From Podarcis liolepis (taxonomy: Eukaryota): 64,000 bases of DNA. The notes below the pieces were generated by a model. It was not told the origin of the DNA. It saw nothing but the letters and a program-made list of their open reading frames with translations, and did not search any database. The DNA is taken from the NCBI GenBank assembly GCA_965112155.1, contig OZ218111.1; one strand, 5' to 3'. This document shows positions 37,211-50,106 of the stretch, piece after piece. Made by a program: the position numbers and the translations under genes. Position 1 is the first letter of the stretch; the number at the start of each line of letters is the position of its first letter.

Positions 37211-37826
37211 TCCATTTAATGGGAGGAGGTAGTTGTCTTGTTGGCTCCAGAGAATGTGAATAGGCAAAGTAGGCAAAGCAGGGTCTTCAAGGGTTATTTC
37301 AAGGAGCCTTGTAGCTGGATAAGACCAAAGGTCCATCTTGGCATATTGCCATAGTGATTAGTAGCCATTCATAGTCTTCTGGGGAACCTGTTCTTTTAGC
37401 ACATGTATATAAATTTGAAAATGTCCATTTGCCTCCCATTAAAAACAAGGATTTAAGCCACCCTTATTGTCACATGTTGGCATAGGAGGCTCTGGACTTA
37501 CCTGGAAAAATATTTCTGTGTTTTCTGTTTTGTTTGAAAGCTTGCTAACTTACATCAATAGAAATTTGATTTGGTAATAGGCCTTGCTCTGTCAGTTTGT
37601 ATTTCTTAATTTTAACCAGTGTCTCTTGGTTGTAGTAGGAAGATGGAAAATGGAGTGCTATTCACAACAATATTTACTTCTTCTTTCTTCTGTTTTTAAA
37701 TAGAGCTTGTGATGAATATGTAATTATTGCACCCCATCCTCCATCTTTTGTTGATTAGTACTGGTGAGGTTTGGAAAAAGTTAGCACATTGCTATTCTGC
37801 CATTTGGTGACTATGGTTTATAAACC

Positions 37827-37827
<1 letters not shown>

Positions 37828-37869
<42 letters not shown>
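37828..37869. repeat. (GATA)n microsatellite
   Basis: Seen directly. Confidence 0.95.
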
Positions 37870-38000
37870 TTTCAAAGGCTAGCCATGTTTAGGGCATTTT
37901 GTGTATATATCTGTGTCAAGGTTGGGGCATCTGTGGCCCTCCAGATGCTGTTGGCTGGGGCTGGTATGAGTTGGAGTCCAGCATGGACAAGGATCAGGAA

Positions 38001-38089
38001 CATAGCTGTCAACGTTTCCCTTTTTTAAAGGGAATTTCCCTTATTCCGAATAGGATTCCTCGCAAGAAAAGGGAAAGTTGACAGCTGTG
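38001..38089. mobile_element. 89-bp hAT-type MITE
   Basis: TIR CATAGCTGTCAAC / GTTGACAGCTGTG, 8-bp TSD ATCAGGAA at 37993-38000 and 38090-38097. Confidence 0.88.
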
Positions 38090-38494
38090 ATCAGGAATGA
38101 CAGGAGCCATAGTTTCAACCATTCAACAGGTTCCCTACTTTCATTCATGTGTTTTAACATGTACCCAGTCCTATATTTTAATGTTAAAATATCAGATTCA
38201 AAAAAGGAATGATAAATCTCTTAGTGGGCTTTTATTTTAGTAAACATCAATTTTAAATGAGCCAGTTATGCAAGTTTTGAATAGCTGGGGGTAGAGAGCA
38301 GGCAAGATATCTGTGACCAGACAGTACATCCTTCTGACTAAATACTGAGAGAACCTGCAGGAGGATGTACGGCTCTGGCAGTAGATAAACACATCCAGGG
38401 CTTATTTCTAATAGGAAGCAAACAACTTTGGTGTGTAGGGTGGGGCTTCCTTAAACAGTATTAAAATATTTGTTTCTTCTCCTGGGGTAATAGT

Positions 38495-38553
<59 letters not shown>

Positions 38554-38554
38554 C
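38495..38554. repeat. (AAC)n microsatellite
   Basis: Seen directly. Confidence 0.95.
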
Positions 38555-39086
38555 TTCACTCCCTTCATAGGGTGAATGAGGTCCTTTATAGCAGGAGGTT
38601 AGCAAGTGGCAGATTTCCGTGGAACTGTTGCTAAACAAGTTAAGCCGAGTGTCTTGGTGATTTGGGGCTCCAAAATCAAAAGGGAACAATTTTCAGGATT
38701 GATTGAAAAATAAGTGCTTTTCTCCATTTGCTTGCTAAATGGAAAGAAGTCATTCTCTAGATAAGCCATCAACAGTGTGGTGTCCTTCAGATGTTTTAGT
38801 CTTCAACTCCCATCATTCTTAGCTAGCAAAGGCTGTTGTAATTGATAGAAGAACCTTAGGAAGAGGTGGCAAGGGCTCAACTCTGGTCATGTGCAAGCAG
38901 GTAGCAAATAAAAGTATTCAGTCTCCAGCAACTCTTGTGTTTAATTCTGTTATGGTAAGCTGTCATGACAAAAATAATATAAAAATAAAGCTATTACTCC
39001 CTTCAGTGTATATTGCATTAACTACTGCTATAATATTATGGTTAGCTGAAGGAAATCAAAATAGAGCTAAAGTAATAGTGGTTGTT

Positions 39087-39449
39087 AGGGACGCGGGTGG
39101 CGCTGTGGGTAAAACCTCAGCGCCTAGGACTTGCTGATCGTCAGGTCGGCGGCTCGAATCCCCGCGGCAGGGTGCGCTCCAGTTGCTCGGTCCCAGCGCC
39201 TGCCAACCTAGCAGTTCGTAATCACCCCCGAGTGCAAGTAGATAAATAGGGACCGCTTACTAGCGGGAAGGTAAACGGCGTTTCCGTGTGCTGCGCTGGC
39301 TCGCCAGATGCAGCTTGTCACGCTGGCCACATGACCCGGAAGTGTCTGCGGACAGCGCTGGCCCCCGGCCTCTTAAGTGAGATGGGTGCACAACCCTAGA
39401 GTCGGACACGACTGGCTTGTACGGGCAGGGGTACCTTTACCTTTACCTT
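39087..39449 (+). mobile_element. Sauria SINE, full length, CpG-rich (young)
   Basis: GGGACGCGGGTGGCGCTGTGG head with a box-B-like GGCTCGAATCCC, (ACCTTT)n tail, 14-bp TSD TAATAGTGGTTGTT at 39073-39086 and 39450-39463. Confidence 0.92.
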
Positions 39450-40733
39450 TAATAGTGGTTGTTGCTATAATTTCTTATTTTTATAGCACCATTGATGTAT
39501 ATGGCACTTTGTAGGGTATCAAAAGCAAAAGAACAGGTAGTGGATCCCTTGAGTCTCTTAGAATCTGGATTTGACGGTGGAGAAGACAACTGAGAGGAAA
39601 GGGGGCATATTCAGTGGGATTGAGAGAGGCAAATGCAGTTGCGTGTACTTGGTGGAGAGTTTTGCTCATTAAGAGCCAGAGAAGCCACAAAAGAAGGGTG
39701 CTTTTGAGGAGGGACTCAGAAGAAGTTACATCAAATAGAACTCCGGTGGGAGTTCTAGGCATCAGGGGCACCAAGGGAGACAAAGTGGGAGACTTGATAC
39801 CTGTTAGTCCACTCTTGGTCATTGCTTCTTTGCTTGACAGCCATGGGACTGCCAGTTGTACGAAAGTGATAATCAAAAGTTGCTTGATTATCAGTTTTCA
39901 CTTCATGGATTCAGGTTTTCCTGTTGGTTCTGATTAATGGTAAACTTAAAGGAGTAGGGAAATGAATAGATAATAGATCTATGTGTGGCTACTGGTCATA
40001 GTAACAAGGAAATTGCTGCCTTCAGAAGCATTGTTCCTCTGAACTACCAGAACCTGGAGGCAGCCTATTGAGAAGGGTTGTTGCGTCCACACCCTTCTTG
40101 TTCGCTTCCTGGAGGCATCTGTCCAGCCATCACTAGAAGCAGGACACCAGTATGTGGTTTCATCCAGCAAGCCTGTTCTTCTTTCTTTTTGCTGCAGTGG
40201 TTGTAAGCGTTGTTTAATCTTATTTTGGAAAGAGCACTATCCATGTGGTTATCCTTGTAGCTGGAGGTTATGAGAGTTTACAACTAGAAGGTGCTCTTTA
40301 TTGCTACCAGTTCTGAGAACATTGCTTGCTATACTTAAAATTATAGTCCTTAAAAACCTCTTGTGAATGTGTATCTTGACCCCTTCTTTTGAGGGCATTA
40401 CTGGTAGGGTTTTGAGGAACAAAATTGTGCGTGTTTATGGAAGAACCTTTGGGTAATGCTTGACATACTATCGCAGCAGATTTCCCTGAAATCATGGATG
40501 AGCTTATGCTCAGCTTTAAATATCAACAATCCTTAATTCAGGGAGAACAATGGCATGTAACATAGATCCTTTTCTCTTCAACTTTAAATAAGCATTAAGC
40601 GGATAATTTATGGCCCTGCATCCAGTGTTGATCTTTAAAAACTGGATTTTTGTACAACTTGTTTGTTTAATAAATATCTTAATAAATATCTTCTTTTCTA
40701 TTTGTAGGACTAATGGCAGGTGAATAAACCAAC

Positions 40734-41663
40734 ATGGCAGCCATGGTTCCACCAGTGAAGCTGAAATGGCTTGAACATCTAAATAGCTCTTGGATCACAG
40801 AAGATAGTGAATCTATTGCTACAAGGGAAGGAGTCTCCATCTTATATGCTAAATTAGTCAGTAATAAAGAAGTAGTACCATTGCCTCAGCAGGTTCTCTG
40901 TCTCAAAGGACCTCAGCTACCAGATTTTGAACGGGAGTCCTTATCAAGCGATGAACAGGACCACTATTTGGATGCCCTTCTTAGCAGCCAGCTGGCTCTG
41001 GCTAAGATGGTGTGCTCAGACTCTCCATTTGCTGGAGCACTTCGCAAACGTTTGCTTGTGTTACAACGCATCTTTTATGCACTTTCTAATAAATATCATG
41101 ATAAAGGCAAGGTGAAACAGCAGCAGCATTCTCCAGAAAGCAGTTCTGGGTCAACAGACATCCATTCCGTTAGTGAGCGGCCAAGGTCAAGTACAGACGC
41201 GCTAATAGAAATGGGGGTCCGGACTGGACTGAGCCTGTTATTTGCACTGTTACGGCAAAGCTGGATGATGCCTGCTTCAGGGCCTGGTATTAGCCTTTGC
41301 AATGATGTTATCCACACGGCGATAGAGGTTGTGAGCTCTTTGCCACCTTTATCTCTAGCTAATGAAAGTAAAATCCCACCAATGGGTCTGGACTGCCTGT
41401 CTCAGGTAACAACATTTCTTAAAGGAGTAACGATTCCCAACTCTGGAGCAGATACTCTTGGACGGAGGCTGGCTTCTGAGTTGCTGCTTGGCTTGGCTGC
41501 TCAGCGTGGGTCACTTCGGTATCTGCTGGAATGGATTGAAATGGCACTAAGTGCATCAGCCGTGGTCAACACAATGGAGAAGAACAAAATGCTGCATACA
41601 CAGGAGGGGATGATCAGTTTTGATTGTTTCATGAACATATTGATGCAAATGAGGCGGTCATTG
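40734..41663 (+). CDS. HERC1: HERC1 first coding exon (exon begins at 40708), MAAMVPPVKLKWLEHLNSSW...MQMRRSL
   Basis: Near identity to the vertebrate HERC1 N-terminus as recalled. tgtAG acceptor at 40706-40707, GTATGT donor, 930 coding nt. Confidence 0.97.
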
Positions 41664-41802
41664 GTATGTATGCAGAATGTATACTTCAAATTGATTTTTT
41701 TAATTCTTGGCTCTTACTTCCATTAACAGATTTATTGTTATCATTGAGATTTATAGAAGTTTTGGAGTCCCTGTGTGCCTGGATTGGCATGAGTTGTACT
41801 TA

Positions 41803-42106
41803 GGGCTCATCCAGACTGCATTTTATGTCATGTTTCTAAGCCCAGGTCCATGCATTAAAGCTCTCTGTGTGAATGTGTTTCCCTCCCTGTTCCAGTGTTT
41901 TCCCTGGGAAAACCCACATTTTAGTGCTAAATTGGAGCAAATGGCAGTCAGGTTTTCCATACATTGCCATTTATTCTGATTCAGTGGTAACATGATTTTT
42001 CCCAGGTAAAGCGCCAGGATGAAAAAAAAAAGTGCTCTGACATGGGATTTTAAAGCACGAACCTGTGTCAGGAAAGCTCAGCGCAAAAGGAAGTCTGCAT
42101 GAGGCC
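41803..42106. mobile_element. PIF/Harbinger-like MITE
   Basis: GGGCTCATCCAGAC...GTCTGCATGAGGCC imperfect TIRs. Confidence 0.6.
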
Positions 42107-42125
42107 AAAGTGGCATGACAGTATC

Positions 42126-42604
42126 CGAGATTTGGGAAAAGAAACAATGGAGGAGGATTGGAAAAAATTTAAGGATTACTTACAAAAATTTTATAAGTTA
42201 TATGAATGCTAAGAATTCGCATGATTTGGAAAATTTAGCTTCAGCAATAAGATTTGACGGTATGGGAAATTAAGTTATATTAATGAAAGGACTAATGTTT
42301 AAAACAACACTACATTTGTTCTAGAGTAAAAGTAAATTGATAATAAGTATTTTAAACCTAAAATATAATTATTTGAAAGAACAAAACAACGCACGAAACA
42401 AGGTTACAATTTGCTGATATATTTATTGTAAAGAATGCATGGTGAGGGAGACGTGGGGAAGTCCGGTTGGTTATGGAAAAATGTTTTGGAAGGATGAATT
42501 TCTTTTTCTTTCTTCTTTTCTTTTTCTGTTATTTCTTTATATATCTGACTTAGTATCTGTATCTGGAAAAAAATGTAATAAAAATTATTTTTTTTTAAAA
42601 AAAA
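42126..42604 (+). mobile_element. 5'-truncated L1-clade LINE 3' end
   Basis: 20-bp TSD CAAAGTGGCATGACAGTATC at 42106-42125 and 42605-42624. Begins with an ORF2-like tail RDLGKETMEEDWKKFKDYLQK...* and ends with AATAAA plus an A-rich tail. Confidence 0.85.
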
Positions 42605-43926
42605 CAAAGTGGCATGACAGTATCAGGAACATCTGAACTGGGATTGATTTGTCTTTAACTTTAACATACTTGAATATTTGTATAGGCTTTAACTTCTGTC
42701 CTTTTTATTAAACAGAAATGATAGACAATGTCAGGAGCAACTTGTAACACTGCTAAGTAGTTGTAATTATTCATTGCAAATAAAGCTAGCTGGGACAATC
42801 CAGTAATTCAATAATAAAGGATTTTAAGATTTTTGTTTTTAAAAAATACTTCCTTGAGATTTTTTCTCTGTGATACTTCTGCCCACTACTTCTGCTTATT
42901 TAGAGGAAGCAAATTAAAGTTTAATTGTCTGCTCCATTCTGCTCTGAAAATTACACTTGTTAATTCAAACCTGTGATTCCCTTCACGGTACTATTTTAAA
43001 GATCCAACAAAATTGTAACTAACTTTAAAATGTTGGTAGTAGGGCTGCAAATTAAAGGCTTATTCTTAAACTATGAAATAATAATGGTTACCCACATACT
43101 GTGTAGTTTCATTGCTTGGGGAGACGGGGACTCAATTGTGGCTTTATATTTTCTGTGAGATACTGGTTGGGAATAGGGAATGAGATCACACCTACTTCCT
43201 TATGTAGGCCCAATTTTCACTCCCAATGGCATGAAGATGTTAGGCAGACTTAAACAGAAGCATCCAGTGGCTTGAGCAAATGGTTGCAATCCTTTCCCCC
43301 CTTCCTCATATGTACACATTTTCAACCCTGACATGCCCCTTTGTTTTGAAATGTTTGTCAAATGGCTCACTTTTCTTTGTGAGTTTCAGCTCAGTGCATG
43401 GATAAATGTATTCAACAATTGGAGGGGGATGTGTAATCTTATACAACCCCCCAGTGGTTTTAAAGAATGCAAAACTTGTGAAGTAGATTTCATTAGTAAC
43501 TGGCTTGTTTTTCATTTTTCAAAAACATGAATTAAACATCTATCTTGGGGTGTTTTTGTTCTTTGCCTTTATTTTACTAGCAGGAATGCTTCTAAACTGC
43601 TCCTTTTGAGCAGCTTGGTGTATTTGGTGTATAGTTAAGAGCCTGACCTGTGACCAGGGGACTCTGAGCAGCTTTAGCCCATGCCACATTGTGTGTTTGC
43701 CTTCACCTTTCTCTGTAATGTGGGGATTTTATAACCTGCCTTAAGGATTATGGCAGGAATGTGCATATACTTATTTCAGCACTTGAGAAAGTACCAAGAA
43801 AGTGGTTGTTTTGAAGGAAACCATGTTCTTTTTGGTTTTATTTAGGGAAATCGTCTAATCTTTTCATAGAGGATAAAATAACAGTGTGCAGTGACATTAT
43901 TTCCTCTGTGATGTTTTACTTTGCAG

Positions 43927-44022
43927 GGCTCATCTGCTGATCGAAGTCAATGGAGGGAGCCAACAAGAACATCTGAAGGTTTATGCTCTCTTTACGAGGC
44001 AGCTTTGTGCCTCTTCGAGGAG
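43927..44022 (+). CDS. HERC1: HERC1 exon GSSADRSQWREP...LCLFEE
   Basis: AG/GT boundaries, 96 nt, in frame. Confidence 0.95.
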
Positions 44023-44821
44023 GTATGTCTATCTAACCTTTATTTAAAGAGTAGTTTCTTTCTTTAAATCTGCATTCTTCAGGTTGTTTATTTCTCACTC
44101 CTTTGGAAGTATGAAAATAGTCACACTGATGTTGTCCCAGTGCTTCCATGGATTTCTACCCTATATTTTGTCTTGCGGTTCACCTGAATTTCAGTCCCGC
44201 CTCTATCTAAGGCTCAAAGCATTTATGAGTTTAATAAAAGAGTAGCAGAATAAAAAAGATATAAAAAAGGAATTTCAGAGGTGAGGGCAGTCTCAGAGAA
44301 CAGCTGTTGATGTGCCTGTGCTGTTTGATTTGGTCAGGAAGGTGCTCTTGGCTCATGCTGAGGGCTATGAGGAAGCAACGGAGTATAATATGTGACTCCC
44401 ATTCTACAAAAGGGAAGCATGAAGTGGAAAGCTAAGCAGCAGATCACAGAATTATAGAGTGAAAAGGAACCCCAAGTGCCACCTAGTCCAAGTGTTGTAA
44501 TATCTTAATTTCCCACCCTGGACTATCATATTTAGTTTTGTGATCAAGAACACAAAAGAGCCTGGCTGCTGGATCAGCCCAGTGTCCTGTGTCCTGTTTT
44601 CACAATGGCCATCCAGATGCCTCTGGGAAGCCTGCAAGCGGGACCCGAGGGCAGTGGCGCTCACCCCACTTGTGATAGCTGCTAGTCTTCAGAATATATA
44701 ATTTACAGATTGGACACGTAGTCCCATGTGAATCTAGACTTGGTGCTTGAAATAAAGTGATAACATGATAATTGAGCACAGCGTTCCTTCTGTCTCCTGA
44801 AATGTATTTCTATTTTGCTAG

Positions 44822-45016
44822 GTTTGTCGCATGGCTTCAGACTACTCTAGGACATGCGCCAGTCCAGATAGCATTCAGACGGGTGATGCTCCTGTTGTTT
44901 CTGAGACCTGTGAAGTGTATGTTTGGGGCAGTAACAGCAGCCACCAACTTGTGGAAGGAACACAAGAGAAAATTCTTCAGCCCAAGTTGGCTCCAAGTTT
45001 TTCTGATGCTCAGACA
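44822..45016 (+). CDS. HERC1: HERC1 exon VCRMASDYSR...SFSDAQT (start of RCC1-like domain 1)
   Basis: AG/GT, 195 nt, VYVWGSN RCC1 motif. Confidence 0.95.
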
Positions 45017-45251
45017 GTGAGTGACTGGGGTTTTTGTTTGTATGTGTGTTATTGGTGTAGTGAAAAAGAAGAGGTGAAGCTTTCACTGTTGAAAAACTTT
45101 GTATATCACTGCCAAACTTGAAAAATGCATGCTACAAGTTTGTGGTTCCTGAGCTATATATGGATCCCTTGTTCTAAAAATTAAAATAACCCTTTATAGG
45201 CAGTTCTAAATAAATTATTTTTAATGTTCTCTAATTTTCTTCCCACAATAG

Positions 45252-45563
45252 ATTGAAGCTGGCCAGTACTGTACATTTGTAATATCTACAGATGGCTCTG
45301 TTCGAGCTTGTGGCAAAGGCAGTTATGGCAGGTTGGGACTGGGCGATTCCAACAATCAATCTACACTGAAGAAGCTGACTTTTGAGCCTCACAGATCTAT
45401 CAAAAAGGTGTCATCATCTAAAGGTTCTGATGGCCACACATTAGCATTCACAACAGAAGGAGAAGTCTTCAGCTGGGGTGATGGTGACTATGGGAAATTA
45501 GGCCATGGAAATAGCTCAACGCAGAAATATCCAAAACTTATCCAGGGCCCTTTGCAAGGAAAG
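45252..45563 (+). CDS. HERC1: HERC1 exon IEAGQYC...GPLQGK (RCC1 repeats)
   Basis: AG/GT, 312 nt, FSWGDGDYGKLGHG motif. Confidence 0.95.
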
Positions 45564-46454
45564 GTATGCTTACACAAAGGAACTGAATGGCACTTTCCCT
45601 CTTTCATAGTGTTGCTTTGGAGACTTCATGTGTTTTAAGGTTTCTTGTTATCCATTTTTGCCTTTGTCCCTTACTGCTGTGGACTATGGGGTGGAAACAG
45701 TGGAGTTCTCTCTTTTCAATTCACAGGGAGGCAGAATGTTTTCCAAACTCAAGATTGAGCTGGGGGCTGGCTTAGGAGGCACCTTCCACATCCTCTTTAG
45801 GTGTTAAGAAATGACTACCCTAACCCAACTGGCCTTTAAGCATGATTTGAGCTTTTGGTGCTGTCTAGAAAGCTGCAGTCGTACTAATTTATTTATTTAA
45901 AACATTTATATACTGTGGGGGAGGGGTCACAGTGAATTAGAAATACCAGAAGAAAATGTGCTTATCATAAAACCACAAAGTAGGTTATTCACTTTGTGTG
46001 AAGGCTGGCGGAAAAATGCTTCCAGCTGACAATGGTGTAATGTTGGTATTGGACTTGCCACTTGAGTCAGGCCAGGTATGTAGAATGATGGTGCCAGTCA
46101 TGTCTGTGAGAGTTTGGCTCTGGCATGGGGATGTTCACCTTGAGTGGATTGATGCTTGTGGCAAGCCCAAGACACCTGCTGCTTGGAGTGCAGCCATGCA
46201 GAAGGATGTGTAGGGACTTTCATGTTTGGTTTGGCATTTGAGTGATTTTTCTGAATTTGGACCGACTTCAGCTGAAATTTGAGGCTTTGTGATTAGTGGC
46301 AGTTACAAGGCCTTGGTGCAGTTCTCTCTTCCTTGTAGAGTTCACGGGGAAGGGGAGAGGAATGAGGAAAGTCTCATTTTGTCTCCTGTGTTGAAAGCAG
46401 CATTTCCAGCAACAGTTTAGTTTTAACTCTCTCTCCCCTTTGCATGCAATGCAG

Positions 46455-46551
46455 GTCGTGGTCTGTGTGTCAGCTGGATACCGGCACAGTGCTGCTGTCA
46501 CAGAAGATGGTGAATTATATACGTGGGGAGAAGGAGACTTTGGTAGACTAG
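46455..46551 (+). CDS. HERC1: HERC1 exon [12 protein letters not shown]...FGRL
   Basis: AG/GT, 97 nt, RCC1 repeat. Confidence 0.95.
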
Positions 46552-46659
46552 GTAATGGAAACAGTTTGACTTGCCCAGTGATTTTAGGAATATAATTAAT
46601 ATTTCATTGAAATAAAATCTAACGTTAAAGAAAGGTACTGGGATTTACGTAAGACAGTA

Positions 46660-46829
46660 CAGGCGGCAACCATTTTAGGCACGTCCAATTGATGCTCAAT
46701 CACTTGGGTCCTTTTGGACCCGGAAGGCGGCATAATGAGGGTGAAACAGGGTGGGACATGCTTATATGCACTCTGTCGACACACCCCGGGGCTAGGAACA
46801 GTACCCCCATGCAAAATGGTCGCTGCCTG
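46660..46829. mobile_element. Tc1/mariner-type MITE
   Basis: TA-CAGGCGGCAACCATTTT...AAAATGGTCGCTGCCTG-TA. Confidence 0.8.
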
Positions 46830-47317
46830 TACAAAATAAACTTTACTATAAACTTTTAACCAAGTAATTGGACAGAGCTAAATAGTAGCAAGACACACTT
46901 CGATTTAATGGTATACTATTTATCATGCATGTTTCTTGTCTCTTTACTCATAAGTCTAGGGTTTTTATTTTTTATTGATCATTGATAGGACAGTATAGGA
47001 CTGTATACACATTTAATTAATAATAATAAACTGTTAAAACTGTTTCTTGGATGTTTACTACATGTATACTGGCTCAAAGTGTTCACTAAAACAGTTCTAA
47101 ACTGTTTTAATTGTGCTTTTATATGCTGTAACATGCTGTAGATCTTCTGGTGAAGGGTAGGTAAGAGAAGCTGATGCTGATGATAATAAGTGTAATGCAT
47201 TCATCTTTGGTGAGAAATTTATTTTCTTTACTACATAACCCAAGTTTTCATGTTGACAGAAATAATTATTATTTTCTTTAATGCATAAATAATGTTTCCT
47301 TTTTCTTTCTTTCCAAG

Positions 47318-47461
47318 GTCATGGAGACAGCAACAGCCGTAACATTCCAACTTTAGTAAAAGATATTAGCAATGTCGGAGAGGTTTCTTGTGGCAGTTCG
47401 CACACCATAGCTTTATCCAAAGATGGGCGAACAGTTTGGTCATTTGGAGGAGGAGATAATG
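47318..47461 (+). CDS. HERC1: HERC1 exon GHGDSNSRNIP...FGGGDN
   Basis: AG/GT, 144 nt, RCC1 repeat. Confidence 0.95.
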
Positions 47462-48364
47462 GTAATGTTTTTTCCATGCAATTTCTCCTAGGTTGTGCTT
47501 GAGATTGTACAGAACATCATCTGTTAAGGGCATGGTGGGGGCAGAAGGTCCATAAAACCTCCGCTTCCTTGTTCTGCCTTTCTGACCATATTCAAGTGCA
47601 GAAACAGCCAATGACTGCATTTGGATGGTCGCCCATGGTTTCAGAAACCTTGGTTGACAAAGTGGTGACCATTTGCTGTAGTCATATGCTCCTTTCTCAC
47701 CCTACTCTTCCTTTCCTATCTTCACACACCAGCTTGTGCTAGGCCTATTTGTGTCTAAAGTGGGGGACTCTGGCAATTTCAGCTAATATCCTGGCTGGTT
47801 ATCCTGGTTTGTTATCTCAGTTCAATCCATAGTTTCCTGGTTTGACCATGAGAGGCAACTCTGACTTGATGAAGCCAGGATCTTGCATTCCCACATTCAA
47901 ATGTAACAGAGCTTAATATAAGCCTGGGTGCGGGAGGAACATGCTGTTGCAGCTTCATAAACCATGGTTTATGGAACTGTGGATGATAGTCTAAACCTCT
48001 GTTGCTACGATGCTTAGGTCTGCAGGCTTTGTTTGTGAAGGCTCCTCTCACAACTCTCTCTCACTCTGTGTGTGTGTGTGTGTGTGTGTTGCTGGCCGTG
48101 GTAGAAGATTGTGTGGTCTCTTTGAGTTTATGGATTGTGCCCTAAATCAGTAAACTAGTATGTGGTAATGATTCATGTCCTTATATGTATTTGGAGAGGT
48201 TTCTTTGTTAAATTGTAGCTGTTATGATAAATTTTGTATGCAGTTCACTTTAAATATTTGCAGTTTAAAACTGCAGATTATGTTAGATTTGTGGTCATTG
48301 AATGGCCCAAGAGGTGCAGGAGGCAACATAAAAATTATTGATCTCTTGTGTATGATCCCAACAG

Positions 48365-48492
48365 GCAAACTTGGTCATGGTGACACCAACAGAGTGTACA
48401 AACCTAAAGTTATAGAAGCCCTACAGGGAATGTTCATTCGGAAAGTTTGTGCAGGAAGTCAGTCTTCACTTGCTCTAACCTCAACAGGGCAG
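48365..48492 (+). CDS. HERC1: HERC1 exon GKLGHGDTNRV...STGQ
   Basis: AG/GT, 128 nt, RCC1 repeat. Confidence 0.95.
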
Positions 48493-48756
48493 GTAAGATG
48501 CAAGCAGCATTGCCAATTTCACAAAAGTTCCTAGCCCAGAAACCATTCTTACTATCCATTTGTGACAGTGCAAGTCATTTGTGGTTTATCAGCAGTCTGA
48601 GGAAAAAAGAAAATTAAGTAAGTTTACAAATGTTTCTCTGCCTACTCACTGTAGGCAAGGGAGTGTTTACAAGTTTGACAATAAGACATTTGTATTTTGC
48701 TGTACTTCTTTCTTTGCTGTGTGTTTTTATACTTTAAAAGTAGCCAAAGTGATATA

Positions 48757-49006
48757 CAGTGGTACCTCGGTTTTCGGACATCTCTGTTGCCAAATGTTTC
48801 GGTTTTCAAACGCCAAAAACCCAGAAGTAAATGCTTCCATTTTCGAACTCGCCTCGGAAGTTGAACGCTTTCGCTGCGTGTATCTGTTGTTTTCCACAAT
48901 TTTCTCTATTGACCTGGCAAACTGTCTTATGCGCCTCTGTTTGGCACGTTTTGGAAGTCGAATGGTCTTCTGGAATGGATTACGTTCGAAAACCGAGGTT
49001 CCGCTG
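48757..49006. mobile_element. Tigger/pogo-like MITE
   Basis: TA-CAGTGGTACCTCGGTTTTCG...CGAAAACCGAGGTTCCGCTG-TA. Confidence 0.85.
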
Positions 49007-49048
49007 TATTTAAAAAAATCAAAGAATAGAAAATAAAGTCTTAAAATA

Positions 49049-49266
49049 CAGTGGTCCCTCCAGTTGCGTGCGGGATCTGTTCTAGAGCTCTGGTTGGATC
49101 CCAAGGTGTACGTATCTGGAGGTGCTGATTCAGCGCATGCGCGCGGCGCAGTTTAGTGCTTCTGCATATGCGTGCAGGGCGAAACCTGGAAAAATACTTC
49201 TGGTTTGCCACGCACGTATCCTGAAGGATACATAACCGGAGGTGAACATAAGTAGAGGTTCCACTG
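49049..49266. mobile_element. Tigger/pogo-like MITE
   Basis: TA-CAGTGGTCCCTC...GAGGTTCCACTG-TA. Reverse-oriented relative of 28588-28801. Confidence 0.85.
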
Positions 49267-49770
49267 TATTGCAGTCTAATAAAACTCACATCCTAAATAG
49301 CAGCTGTATGCACATGGTTCATATCTAACATCCTTTCAAAGGGAAACATTGTTGAAACCTTAGATTTTCCTGTAAGAACTCGTAAGAGAAAATGGTCAGC
49401 CTCCACTTCAATGGTGAAGAATGAAAAAGAATGCAGTTTAGTGCTATGTGGATTTTACTGATTGTAGATAGAAATTATGAATACCACCTCCCAAACCTAG
49501 CAATTGCTTGCAGTATTCCCAGTATACAAACTGAAAGCTATGCCCAGAGGGTCTTTTTACTTTGCTTCACTTCATTTTGGTTGCAGTACTCTGTGCTTAC
49601 ACAGGATGCCCATGAGGAGTTCTCTCTCCATTGGTGTGAAATGAGGATGGGAAATCCATTTGAATTTGAGAACCATATATGGTTTGGTGTAGGACTGCAA
49701 CTTTTAATTGCTGAAACAACTAAGCAGTTTTAAAACCTTGCAATTCACCTTTTAAGTGAATTTATTTCTT

Positions 49771-50106
49771 TTTAAAAAAAAATTATTAAAGAGTTCTTAG
49801 TTTACAAAAATACGTGCATTGCATCTTTTTTCAAGTTGTGTTTTCTACATATCAGTTACATTTGTAGTGAGACATTAGTGTTGCATGCAGTATTAGGTTG
49901 GGAAGAAAAGAGGGGGAATGAGGGGGAGGGTGGGGATGGCTCGTGGGGTGGCGTGGCAATACTTCTGTTTTTTCTACTTAGTGAATGTGTAGGGTTTTAT
50001 GTAAGCATCATTTGTGTGGGTTCTCTTTCTATTCACATATTATATTTCCTTGGTGGTGATAGAGGTTTGGGGTGGCCTAGGGTGTGGTAGGCTGTCTTTG
50101 CTTGGC
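49771..50106 (-). mobile_element. Probable LINE (L1/Tx1-like) 3'UTR insertion
   Basis: Flanked by a 17-bp near-perfect direct repeat AAGT(G/T)AATTTATTTCTT at 49754-49770 and 50107-50123, with an A/T tail at the left end. Confidence 0.55.

Noticed and set aside
36514-37336. Minus-strand ORFs of 165 and 147 aa
   Set aside because: Frameshifted L2 ORF2 remnants, not a host gene.
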